Source: Gekko japonicus
Lineage: Eukaryota
Assembly (NCBI RefSeq): GCF_001447785.1
Contig: NW_015164181.1
Coordinates: 1,070,504-1,134,503, forward strand
Length of the DNA stretch: 64,000 nucleotides
Direction: 5' to 3'
Shown piece by piece: positions 25,501 through 36,700 of this stretch. How positions within the stretch are numbered: the stretch's first letter is position 1; the number at the start of each line of letters is the position of its first letter. The notes beneath the pieces were generated by a model. The model saw nothing but the letters and a program-made list of their open reading frames with translations, ran no database searches and had not been told where the DNA came from. A program made the translations under genes and the position numbers.

Positions 25501-26981
25501 GACACTGTAAATGTGTCAAAAATTGCTGGATGTAGGAACCTTTTCCCACATGTGGTGGAGGTGCAATATAACGGAAAAATATTGGCGTAAAGTACATAAA
25601 ATGATATTAGAAATATTGGCTATAGATGTACCAGAAGCTATTTTGTTAAATATGCTACCTGATAACATTAAAAAAATGATCAATATGTAGTAACGTATAT
25701 ATTAACATCTGCTCGCATTGTATTTGCAAAATATTGGAAATCAGAAAAAATCCCATCAATGCAAGAAATATCATATAGAAGAAGAAGAGATTGGATTTAT
25801 ACCCCGCCCTTCACTACCCAAAGGTGTCTCAGAGCGGCTTACAAACTCCCTTCCCTTCCTCTCCCCACAACAGACACCCTGTGAGGTGGATGGGGCTGAG
25901 AGAACCCTGACACAAACTGCTCTTTTTCAAGGACAGCTGTGCCAGAGCTTGTGACTGACCCAAGGTCACACCAGCAGGTGCAAGTGGAGGAGTGGGGAAT
26001 CAAACCCAGTTCTCCCAGATTAGAGTCNNNNNNNNNNNNNNNNNNNNNNNNNNNNNNNNNNNNNNNNNNNNNNNNNNNNNNNNNNNNNNNNNNNNNNNNN
26101 NNNNNNNNNAGATGGAATAGAATTTATATATGGTTAGAACATGAAAAGCGCTGAATTGGAACTCACAGCAACCTCTCATATCATCCCGGCTTAATAGGGG
26201 ACTTGAGTTTCCTTACTCACTGCACTAATAGCTCTACAAAAGTCACTTTTTAAAGAAATGTTAGGGAGCTGCTCTTAACCTGCTTTATCAGACTTTTTCA
26301 CCAATATCCATTAATGTTCACTTAAACTTCAGACTGCTGCTCCCTGAGATGACTTAAATCAGTTCGCTGATCTCTTTGTACCTGCTAATCCCGATCTCAG
26401 TAATTTCCACGGAGAATCGACACTTGAAAGACTCAGGACAGAACTCCTCCATCCTCTCTGTCTCAACCCCACCTCCTCCCCCTTTGTAATCTCTTCCATC
26501 TCACTAGAACTTCCAGTTTGATTTCCCTCCACCTGTTTCAGGAAGCGAGCAACGACTCAGGAAAGCTCATACTTAAATAGTGCATTGTTAGCCTTTAAAG
26601 CACCTGACTGGACTTTCGCTTTCATCTGCTACGCAGTAAACATACAACGGGGGGGCGGGGGACACAATTTCTCCCGGGAAAGCATGCGTAGGATCGCAGC
26701 CAGAGCAGTGCAACCCTAAAAGACGCTTTACACCGCAAGGCTTACTCCCAAGTAAACCAGCCCAAAAAGCACTGCGCGGGAGACGGCACGTCCAGAGCAA
26801 CACAGCCTCGTTACAATGTATCCACCCCCCGAATGTTGGCCCCCTCAAAGTTCCAAAGGGGTAGAGCCCCGATACCTCCCTGTTGACCTACCTGCCGGTA
26901 GGTCTCCTTCCAAGACGGGGCTCGGGAGCCCTTGTAGAGACGCCGCCGCTGCTGGATCAACGACTCCATCGAACCGGCCAT
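16473..26981 (-). CDS. RPAIN: RPA-interacting protein (RIP/RPAIN), complete spliced CDS, 230 aa
   Basis: Exons 26981-26892, 24367-24173, 22778-22715, 20868-20754, 19768-19705, 17959-17825, 16502-16473 sum to 693 nt. Basic N-terminus [17 protein letters not shown], acidic middle, C-terminal zinc finger CPVC..CTCG..HSQHC..C..CD..AVIL*. A second in-frame ATG lies at 26969. Confidence 0.94.
17825..17959 (-). CDS. RPAIN: RPAIN coding exon 6
   Basis: aag|[45 protein letters not shown]|gtaagc. Confidence 0.92.
19180..19490 (+). mobile_element. Old CR1 RT C-terminal fragment; similar at about 50560-50830 (-) and 5790-6080 (+)
   Basis: [18 protein letters not shown] / [14 protein letters not shown] resemble CR1 ORF2 (VRPHLEYCVQFWSP, GLEHLPYEERL). 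Confidence 0.7.
19705..19768 (-). CDS. RPAIN: RPAIN coding exon 5
   Basis: cag|[22 protein letters not shown]|gtaaac. Confidence 0.92.
20020..20660 (+). mobile_element. L2 LINE ORF2 C-terminal fragment
   Basis: [11 protein letters not shown] and [25 protein letters not shown] motifs. Confidence 0.8.
20754..20868 (-). CDS. RPAIN: RPAIN coding exon 4
   Basis: cag|[38 protein letters not shown]|gtgagc. Confidence 0.93.
22011..22358 (-). mobile_element. Sauria SINE
   Basis: (ACCTTT)n tail (aaggtaaagg on plus), gtggtcatgtggccggcatgact core, tRNA-like head ...ttaaccacttgagccaccgc. Confidence 0.8.
22715..22778 (-). CDS. RPAIN: RPAIN coding exon 3
   Basis: tag|[21 protein letters not shown]|gtactc. 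Confidence 0.92.
22888..23400 (-). mobile_element. Squam3-like (gecko-type) tRNA-derived SINE; other copies 25778-26027 (-), 39907-40180 (+), 44584-44860 (+)
   Basis: tRNA head gtagtggtt...ggactctaatctgggagaaccgggtttgattcccc; cacctcacagggtgtctgttgtgggg core; ggtataaatccaatctct(tct)n tail. Confidence 0.75.
24173..24367 (-). CDS. RPAIN: RPAIN coding exon 2
   Basis: cag|[18 protein letters not shown]...[14 protein letters not shown]...DTSLH|gttagt. Confidence 0.92.
25066..25481. mobile_element. Non-autonomous hAT (Charlie-type) element
   Basis: TIRs CAGGGGTGTCGAAC / GTTTGACACCACTG; degenerate 8-bp TSD. Confidence 0.7.
25505..26155 (+). mobile_element. L1/Tx1-like LINE C-terminal fragment interrupted by a Squam3-like SINE and a gap
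   Basis: aaatgt...gtaggaaccttttcccacatgtggtggaggtgc = decayed CCHC (C..C....[10 protein letters not shown]); later WNRIYIWL. Confidence 0.6.
26160..26635 (+). mobile_element. Penelope-like element 3' fragment with pLTR
   Basis: HPGLNRGL (GIY-YIG C-terminal GLN motif) followed by gaagcgagc..gactcaggaaagctcata...ttgttagcctttaaagcac..actggact pLTR signature. Confidence 0.6.
26892..26981 (-). CDS. RPAIN: RPAIN coding exon 1
   Basis: [30 protein letters not shown]|gtaggt. Confidence 0.9.
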
Positions 26982-27419
26982 GACGGCGAGCTCCGCGCAC
27001 TGCCGCTCCAACTATTACCGCCTTCCCACCACCTGCCTTTGTGCGAAGCACACTGGGGGATGTAGTCAAGCAGAAGCACTCCAACTTCCGGTGCGTGACG
27101 GGAAACACCTCCTTTCTTAAGGCAGCCGAACCGCTCGCCCGTTGCATTTTGGGAATTGTAGTCTGTGAAGGAGGCGTTAGAAAGAACATCCAGCGGCGGT
27201 TCGATAGCCGTCGGGTGTCTTGAAGGAGCGGGGGTGGCTGTCTGCCCAATATGTCTCTAGTGGGTAAACCGTGCCCTTAGGTGGGGGGGGGGGGTGTTGG
27301 TTGGTAGCAACTGTATGGTCTCGAAGACTTCCCCTCCCGCAGTGCCCTCTGGGGCGGCGCGAGGCTCACGCATCGGTTTGGCTGCCTCTCGGCGACACAC
27401 TTTTCAGTGGGGAGCAACG
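26982..27419. promoter_or_regulatory. Bidirectional CpG-island promoter RPAIN/NUP88
   Basis: 438 nt between divergent ATGs. Two ZNF143/THAP11-type motifs on minus strand (ACTACAATTCCCAAAATGC 27144-27162; ACTACATCCCCCAGTGTGC about 27048-27066); ETS ACTTCCGG 27084-27091. Confidence 0.8.
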
Positions 27420-27701
27420 ATGGCGACGGCGGCGGCAGCAGTGCCGGCGGCCGGCCTGGGAGAGTACTGGCGGAAGGAGCTGCCCAACCACGCCGTGATC
27501 TGTCGCCTGAGGGAGCAGGCCGCGGAGGCCGAGTCGGCGCCGGGGGACAAGCGGGGGGCTCGGCCGGCGCTTCCGTGGGACTTGATGTTCGGCCTGGGCA
27601 GCGAGCTCTTCCTCTGGGACGGCGAGCGCAGCGCCTTCTACGCCCTCAGCCTGAGGAGCCTGGGCGGCGGCGGCGAGCACGACAGCCTGGGCCAGTACCA
27701 G
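27420..27701 (+). CDS. NUP88: NUP88 exon 1
   Basis: [32 protein letters not shown]...[13 protein letters not shown]...GQYQ|gtgcgg. Confidence 0.93.
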
Positions 27702-30700
27702 GTGCGGCCTCGCTTCGTTCTCTTTGAGGCCTCCCACCACCACCACCACCACCAACGTTCCCTCTAAGCTGTGGAGTCCTGTGAGCCAAAATTCCACTTT
27801 GTGAGCTGCCGGCATTAAAGTTGCAAGCGAGCAATTTGGCTGCTGCATAAATCCAGTTTGCTCTGGAGCCCTCCTTCCTGAGCTGAGGCGAAAATGTGAG
27901 AGCCGGAGGCTAAAAAACTGTGAGCTGGCTCACACTCACTCAGCTGAGAGGGAACACTGCCCGCCACCACAGGGAGCCGTGTGCTGTGGCCGTGTCGTGC
28001 TCTCAGGGGCTAGAAAGCGTCTCCGTGGGAAAATCCCCGCACGTGGGAACCTAGCACTTTTCCCTCTAGCTTCCTCTTCCTGCGGGCGTTGGTGTCGTGT
28101 GGTTTGTCCATACAAAATGATATAGTCTGGGTATAAAGAGCCAGTTCGCTGTAGGGGTCTAGAGAGACACCCCCAGTGCAATCCTAAATAGAGTTGCACT
28201 TGTCTTAGGGTTGCCAGGTCTGGGTTGGAAAAATACCTGGAGACTTTGGGGGTGGATCCAGGAGAGGGCGGAGGTTGGGTTGGGGAGGGGCCTCAGCATG
28301 GTCCAATGCCACAGAGTCCACCCTTCAAAGCAACCGCTTTCTGTCAGCTGGAGATCAGTTGGAAAAGCGGGAGATCCCCAGGCCCCACCTGGAGGCTGGT
28401 AACCCTGACTTGTCTGTGCCCAGTTAGGGTTGCCAGCTATGATTCTACACACTTGTCAGGGATGCTGGAGGCTGATCCTGCATTGGACTAGATGGCCTGC
28501 ACGTCCCCTTCCAACTCTGTGATTCTAGGATTCTCCAGGTTGGAGAACTCCTGGAGGTTTGGAGATGCAGTGTGGGGAGGACGGGGACCTCAGTGGGGTC
28601 CAGTGCCATAGAGTCCAGCCTCCAAAGCATCCGTTTTCTCCAGGGGAACTGATTTCTGTTGTCTGTAGATGAGCCATAATTCTGGGTGATCCCCAGGTCC
28701 CACCTGGAGGCTGGCATCCCTAATCGATGTCAGTGGACTTAGAAGAGTGGAACTCTGTTTGAGACTGCTGTGCCAGGTTCAAATCCCTGTCCTACTATAA
28801 AGCTCTCTGAGAAACTTGGGTCAGTTACTCTGGCTCAGTCTAGCCCAGTGGTGGCACCTATGGCACGGATGCCAGAGGTGGCACTCAGAGCCCTCTCTGC
28901 GGGCACGTGTGCCATCACCCCAGCCAGGCCCAGACCATCATTAAAGTGTCGAATTCTCTGCCAAATAATTTTAACTAAATGAAAGCATTTGGGATCATCT
29001 TAAATTAATGTATGAGTTGTTTTTTTCTAAAGTAAAACCTCAGTATTCAGGTTAAATTGTCTTGTAGGCACTTTGCGATAAATAAGTGGGTTTGGGGTTG
29101 CAGTTTGGGCACTCGGTCTCTAAATGGTTCACCATCACTGGTCTAGCCTTACAAGGTGGTTGTGAGGGTAAAATCGAGCATGCGAGAACCATGAATGCTG
29201 CCTTGCATTTCTTCGTGGAAGGATGTGGAAAAGATATCATGAATGCATGTTGAATATTTGCCAGTCAGGCAAAACAGTTTTTTAAAAAAAAGGTTTACAG
29301 GACCCAGACTGAAACTAGCGAAGCAGGGAAGAGACGAGCAAAGCTTGAAACCCTCTTCCTAGAATGCAGAAATCAGCACATCAGAGAGAAGCTTAAGCTC
29401 AAACCCTCCGATGTGCTTGTTTGCGAAGTGCAAGGAACTTTGCTGTATGGAAAGGCAGCTAAACCTTGTTTGTTTTCAATAAAGCTCAAGGACATGTTTT
29501 TAAAGGCTAGAGTTTCTGCATGGAGTCTAGCAGAAACACATGGAGGGGGGCTGCAGTGTTTGAACACCATTTGCACTTCAGTCAATATAATTGGGAGTCT
29601 GGACCCCACACTACCAGTTCCTGCAGCCAGAGTTCAAGTATTATCATTATTATTTATTAAATTTTTATCCCGCCCTCTCGGCCAAGGCCGGCTCAGGGCG
29701 ACTTACAGACGGATAAAATTCCCATAATAAAATCAATAAAATCACATACATTAATAAATACAGCATTAAAATTCAAACAAGATAAAGTGCTAGCAACATT
29801 CCTCATATTCCAATTGACTATTAGGTTCTAGCCTCATCTCTGAGGAGGTAGTTTTCTGTGTGCAGGATTTTAAAAATATGGATAAGCACTTCACCTGCAA
29901 TCGAGCTGTACAGTCTAGACACAGGTATTTGCTGCTTCATGAGAAGTAGACTCCTACCCTACTTTGAACTTGTTTGTTTCCTTTTTCTGTAGCCATTTCA
30001 GAAAATGGAAGTACTATTTAGGTTTTTTGGATTCAGGCAGTAGGGGACGATGGGTTTGCAGGGTTGCATTGACTAGCCTGTTCTTCCGAACGGCAAGCGC
30101 TAATTACAGCATTCAGCTTGGAACTTTGTGTTCTTTGCATTGCCCATTCAGCTGGCTGCTTCTCTCCCTGCTGGGTTACTGACTTTTCAGCTGGCCGCTT
30201 GGATGCTGCTCCTCTTACATCTTCATTGCATCTGAAAAGTCGTTGCAAATTATGTTTTTGTAATTTCGAGCAAGGGAAACCTTTAACTTTAATAGTGTGT
30301 ACAGGTTAGGGTTTCCCCCTCTGCTCAGTTAGCAACCCTGGTTTGAAAATAAAGCAGCAGTCATCCCATAATAGCTTGCATTCAGTCAGGGAAAGATCAG
30401 TGGTGATCATTGGTTTGACCAGAGCAGCAAGTGGTAACAAACAGCCATCACAGATAGTCTTCATGTCCTATTCAGTAGAGGCAATTCAGACTTTCTGCTA
30501 CCACTTATCAAGTGATGTGCGTGCGTGTGTGTGTGCGTGTGAGAGAGAGAGCATTGTATAAAGTTTATCTGCTCACATGCACACACACGTTGGAATATTG
30601 CACTATTAACTGGCTCAGCATTTTCATTTCCAGACGCTGCTCTGCATAAATCCACCCTTTTTTGAGGTCTACCAAACCTCACTGAGTCCTACACAACAGT

Positions 30701-33700
30701 ATGTAGCTCTTATAGGAACAAAAGGGCTAGCAGTACTGGAGTTACCAAAACGTTGGGGAAAGAACTCTGAATTTGAAGGTGGAAGGGCAACCATTAATTG
30801 TAGGTACGTAACACCTCAGATTTCCTCATGCTTCTTGACCGCTTTAAAACTGGGGCTACTTGGTGTTCCTTTTCCTTCTTTCTTTTGTCTTGGGACTTGC
30901 CAGGAAACCGTTATGATATGTGATACATTCTCTCTTGGGGTTTTGCTCTCTTCTGGGTTGTAGGCACTGTGTATGGAGGGCCTCTGTTTTGCTTGTGCAC
31001 ATTCCACTAGGGGATGGGAGTTCGTTTTCATACCTCTTCCAACGGGTGTTTGAGATGCTGTATGTCAATGAAAAGAAAAGTAGCATTTATTCCATAGTGG
31101 ATTTTATTAAGTAAGCAAAAAAAAAAGGGGGCAGCATTCATCACTCAGTGATTGGGATACCAAGTAGCAACTGAAACAGCCTTAACAGATGCAGCGTCAC
31201 AAAGAGGGCTCATATATCCTGTTCAGTGCAGGCAGTTCAGGCATTCTGCTACCATTTACCAAGCAATGTGCTTTGTGGGCAGTTGGCCTCATGTTTGGTC
31301 CTTGATCTCTCCGGTTTGAAAAATCACTTCTGTGTAAGGATCTCACAATGCAGCTTCTGTCTTTGTTTTTTTGATTGGGAAGAAAGGTGTGCAAGCTCTT
31401 CTTTGGAAGGAGCAGCAGATTTAGTCCAAATTAGCGTAATGTGTTTGATCAGATCCACAGATGACACTTGACATGCTATTGGGTGGTAGGAGAAGAGTTG
31501 GCAGCAGAGATTTTATTTTTCTCACTGTGGGAAGAGTAGAAGAGAATATGGCACCCTATCCTTGACAGCACTGGCCACCATGGTGTGGCCATTTTGATGA
31601 GTGGTTTTTTTTTTTTAATTTTTCCAACCTGACTCCTTAAAAGGGTACTATGAAGTTTGAACAGTAGTGCAGGAAACATGTGCATCAAACATGTGTCATG
31701 AGGCCAGCCGGTGGCAAGGCCTACACAGCAATTGTTGCTCCTGATTTACACAAGTTGACTAAGTAATGTAATGCATACAGGACTTCTGTTAGCTAAAATA
31801 ACTTGCTGAAATACATTAAAATTGAAATTTGCCATCTATGTCTAGCTTCACTGATTATTCAACCAAAGGGGGAAAATATCTACATGTAATATTTTTATGA
31901 GCGTTAACAACTGGTTTAGTCTGTTTGCTGACGGGGTTGCCAGCTGATCAGGAAAAAACTGCAGCCTCACCTGCTCTTGTGCAGCTGGATCATCAGAAAT
32001 TGGCAGATGAACTTTCCTGCAGCACAAAGCTATTGCCTGCACAGCAGGCTGCTGAGAACCGCATAGTTGTACAGGGTCTCTTTAGAAAAATTGGCAACTC
32101 CGTTTTGCCCACAAAATACTGTCCCATTTTTATTTATGGAATCTCTCTTATAGCATCATTCCTATCGCAGAGAGGTTCTTCACCAGCTCAACATCCCTGA
32201 CACTGAAGCACGCCACCTGGTACCCGGGTGAGATGCTGGAACCCCACATAGTGCTCCTAACCTCCGACAACACCATCAGGTACCTACCTGGCTCTTATGT
32301 TGTGCTGCTTAGTATGTCTCATTTTAAAGGTTTCTTTGACAGCACAGCCAAGTCATGTGACTAGAGAAGATGCTGGCCCAGTTTCTGTTGTTGTAAGTTT
32401 ATTGGGCACAAGCAAGCTATACCAAAACACGCCTAGAAGGTGTGTGCCAGCAGATATTCAGTACATGTCCTTTGTTGTTCTGCAAACTGGGTGATTTCTC
32501 CGAGTTCACATAAAATGCTCTGGCTGTGGATGCACCCCCCACCCTGACGGTTGATTTAAAATATATATATATTATTTTTTTAAAGTCACCTATCACTATT
32601 AGGTGATACAGATTGCATTGTGTGTTTTTTAAAACCTTGTTTGGGTTTTAGGATTTACAGCTTAAATTCACCCCAGACGGCCGTGCAGGTGATCCCTCTT
32701 TCAAATACTGATGAGGAGACTCTGAGGCTCAATAAGGGGTAAGATCTGGATGCTTTCCTCTGAGCTTTGGCAAGCCCCCCCCCCCCCTGCATTCCTTCTG
32801 CAATGAGGAAATTACATTTGCAGCGGATTGCCACTGCAAGCCAAATTTCTATCCTTTCCCCTCTCCCTCAGGAGAGCCTATACGGCATTGATAGGAGAGA
32901 CAGCGGTGGCATTTGACTTTGGGCCCCTGGCAGCCATTCCCAAGAACATAACTGGGCAGCGAGGGAAAGCAGAAGAAGTGCTGGCGTACCCGCTCTACAT
33001 CTTGTATGAAAATGGGGAGACCTTCCTGACCTACCTCAGTCTCCTGCACAGGTGAAGATGGAAAATGTATTTGTGCATTTCTCGCCACTGCCACCGCCTT
33101 TTTATTGGGGGGGGGGGGGGGTTTGGAGCTGGAGGTGCCAGAGAAGTTGAGGGTGGCAAACGACAAAAGTCTGATCTTGGGCAACAAACAGTTAAAAGTA
33201 ACAACCCCCACACAAATACTTTTCTCACAAAAATGCTGTCCTTGTGGAATTAACAGAAAAAATGCCCAAATTACTCTGAACACAAATTCAGGGCTTTGAA
33301 AATAAACCGTTTCTAAACATTATTTGTTTGGTTTTGGTTTCCTGCATTTATGTATCACTCACTTCCTTCTCACTCCCACATTTATAGTTTAGAAGTCAGA
33401 ATTGCATAAAGTATCATCACTGTTAAAACAAGTTAAATAAATTTTGAAGTAGGACTAACAATCTTGTTGTATCTAGAATAAAAAATCATAAAAGTAATGC
33501 TGGCTCCCCAAAACCACCTGGCCATAAAAATAATTCTTTAAAGCAATATAAATAGTACCATTTTGCTGAGTTGAGTTTGCTTGTTCCCTCCTCCCCTTGG
33601 GGCCAGCCAAGCAAATTCTCTGCTTGCAGCATTTCATTGGTTCAGCTCTGTTTCATCATCTGGAACCGAGATTATCTTGGACCACATCTGTTGAGGCGCT

Positions 33701-36700
33701 GGCTAGAAATATGCGTAATGGTATTTTAATTGATGTGTTGTAATTGTTTTTAGTTGTGTAATTTTTCTGATGGAACCCCCCCCCCCCCCCACGCCGCGCG
33801 GGGAGGACGGGATACAAATCCAATTAAATAAATACATTAAAATAAATTAGTTGTGAAAACAGGGTGTAAAACTTATGATTAGGAACATATCCAAATGCGA
33901 CCTGCAAGGTGGCTAGTTCAACTGACCAACATTCCGCATTGACGTTTTTGTCACTTGTTTGTCCCTGTTGCTTCATGGTTTCCCCCCCCAATGTGTTTTG
34001 CTCTCTCTAGTAGCCCCAGAGGGAGCAAAACACATGTGGAAAAGGGGTGGGTGGACCACCCAAGGCAATAGGGACAAATGAGTCACAAAAATGACAATAC
34101 GGAAGAGCCCACAGAGGCATATTTGTGTTGTCTCCCCCCTGCCTCAGCCTGCTCATATTGACAGGGTTCCTCAGGAAATTAATTCCAGCACAGCCTGGAA
34201 CTTCTTCTACCATCTGTTCCCCGAGCCAGTGAACATATATGAAGTTTGCTGAATTGGACCATCGGTCCATCTAATTCCCTATTGTATACTGTGACAGTGA
34301 CTGTTCAAGGTCTTGAGCTGAGAAGGGCCTCTTGCACACACTCCTTATTGGGCGATGCCAGCAATTCAACCTGGGCCCTTCTGCATACACAGCAGTTGTT
34401 CCTTCTCTGAGCCACAGCCCCTTATTAGCTATAGTGTGAAGGGAGCCAGCCTGTTGAAAATGCCAGCATCCCCACTCTACACTCACCAAGTGGTAAACTC
34501 CCCTAGACTGCTACCACTAAATGGCATGGACCCCTTGAGACGTGACAAAATGCATTTAGTGATTCTGCTTAGGACTGTACTGTAGGTCACCTCTGGCCTG
34601 TCTCGAGCAATGGCTTAAAGAGAAACTATTCCTGATAAATGGGAGTTAGCCCGGGGGCAGTCCATTCTAGGATAAGCATGCAGTAATTTCTTGCATGGAG
34701 CTTGGCTTCTTTGCAGGAAGAAGACCTCAGTTTTTCATGTTCTAGATATCCAAAGTGTCCTTGTAGGGAGACAGCCCTGTTCCAGCAAATTGGTTCCTGC
34801 TATTGGGGGCGGGGGGAAAGTTATTAATGAAACAGCTGCCCAGTAAATGTCCTTTCGCTTATCTTAGCACCAGAAACCTCGGCAAGCTTTTGGGCCCACT
34901 GCCAATGCACCCTGCGGCTGAAGACAACTATGGCTACGACGCTTGTGCGGTTCTCTGCCTACCCTGCATTCCCAACATCTTGGTCATCGCTACAGATTCC
35001 GGAATGCTCTATCACTGTGTGGTGCTGGAGGGGGAAGATGATGATGAACAGATGGTATGGCTGTGATCCCTTGCAGGTTTTCGTTGTGGAGGGGGGAGAG
35101 ATTCACAGTGTATATATCTATTCAGGACTTGGTCCTTGCTCGGTCTTTAAGTGCTGACCGTGGTCATTTTTACTCTTACCTTTTTACATGGGCTGTCTTG
35201 AACATACAGCACGAAAACACATTGCTGTCAGACGTCCTTATCCCTTTTCTGATATTTATTTAAGCTTTGTTTACAGCCTCAGTTTGAAGTGGCTTAATTA
35301 AAACAATAATGGCTGTTAGGTAAATAAAGCAGTATTGCTTCTTTCCCTAGTCTCCATTAGCAGCATACATTTTACACGCAACTCCAAATAATAATTTGGC
35401 CATTCATGTCCATGCATCATGCACACAGGCTCCCTTTCTCTCTTCCTGCCTCTGCTACAGATGACTTGCGTAGTTTACCATTGCATCTGCTTTGGTTTCC
35501 ACTGGTCCTCCAGACTAGATGGAGGCTGGTTTGCATCCCTAGATTAGAAACCAGGACCTGAGCCTTCCCAACAGTGATGGCCTCCTGTGTCAGAGGTGGA
35601 CAAATCATGACCCAGTGGGACACACCTAGCCTGCAAGAGCCCTTCATCCAGTCATCGAGCTGTCTGGTAATTTGCCAGGAACATCAACCTCTCAGACTGA
35701 TGCTCCTGACCAAGAGGTTAAACAGGACAAGGGCCATTAAGAGCAGCCAGAAGGGGAGAGAGGGCCGGTCTGGGTCTCTGCCAGTTTTGGGGAGGCTCCA
35801 AGTTGGACTCCATCTCTGCCGTTTCTAGTCCTAGCATTGGCTACCACTGGAAGGAGGAAGAGCCAGCATCCACCTTGGAGCCTTCAAGCGTGGCCAGAGA
35901 CTCGAGGGAGGACCTGGAAGTCACTGTTAGGCTTGTAAAAAAAAAACCCAAAACTTTATCTGGCATTTTATACCTAGATGTCCAGAATTAGTGAAATACT
36001 TGGGGATGCCTGAAAAATATATAGTTAATATCAGTATGTATGTTTGTAATTTTTTCCCCCTTGTATCTGGGACTGATTTAACAAACAAAAATCCCCATGA
36101 TATGCTTCAGCCATGCACTGATCTATATTTGGAGCTGAAAAAGCCAACCCATTAAGGTTTAGAGATTGTCTCCCTCCCCCCTCCCCACACACCATTTACG
36201 AAACAAGCCAACCTTTTAGCTAAAGAAAAATTAGGGCGGTTAGAGTTCACTTGTGACTTATGTGAATGGTGCTTCCTAAGAGAAGTTAACTCTTACGCTG
36301 CTGTGGAGGAGTGTGAATTTAGTCAGGGTTAACATTCGGATCCCTTTCGCAGTCTGTCAAGTCCTGGGATTCAAAAACGGACCTCATCCCATCACTCTAC
36401 GTCTTCGAATGTGTTGAATTGGAGCTTGCACTGAAACTGGCACCGAAAAGGGGGGAGGAGCCTCTGGAGTTGGACTTCTCTTGCCCAATCAAACTGCACA
36501 GAGGTAAGAAGCTGTGACCTCCGTTGCTGTCCCTTTGCTCTAAGAATAAGGTCCATCTGCTGCATTCTTTTCACTTGCCATTAAAGTTGCCTTGGAGGTG
36601 AGGAAAACTGGGACAGGGTGCCTGGTAGCCTTTATTGCAGGACAGACTGAGGCAGGGAGCACAGCGAAGCCTTTCCCTGCCGCACCTGATAGCCTGGAAT

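Noticed and set aside
27366-27848. Antisense and alternative-frame ORFs over NUP88 exon 1
   Set aside because: Expected by chance in a GC-rich CpG island with few stop codons.
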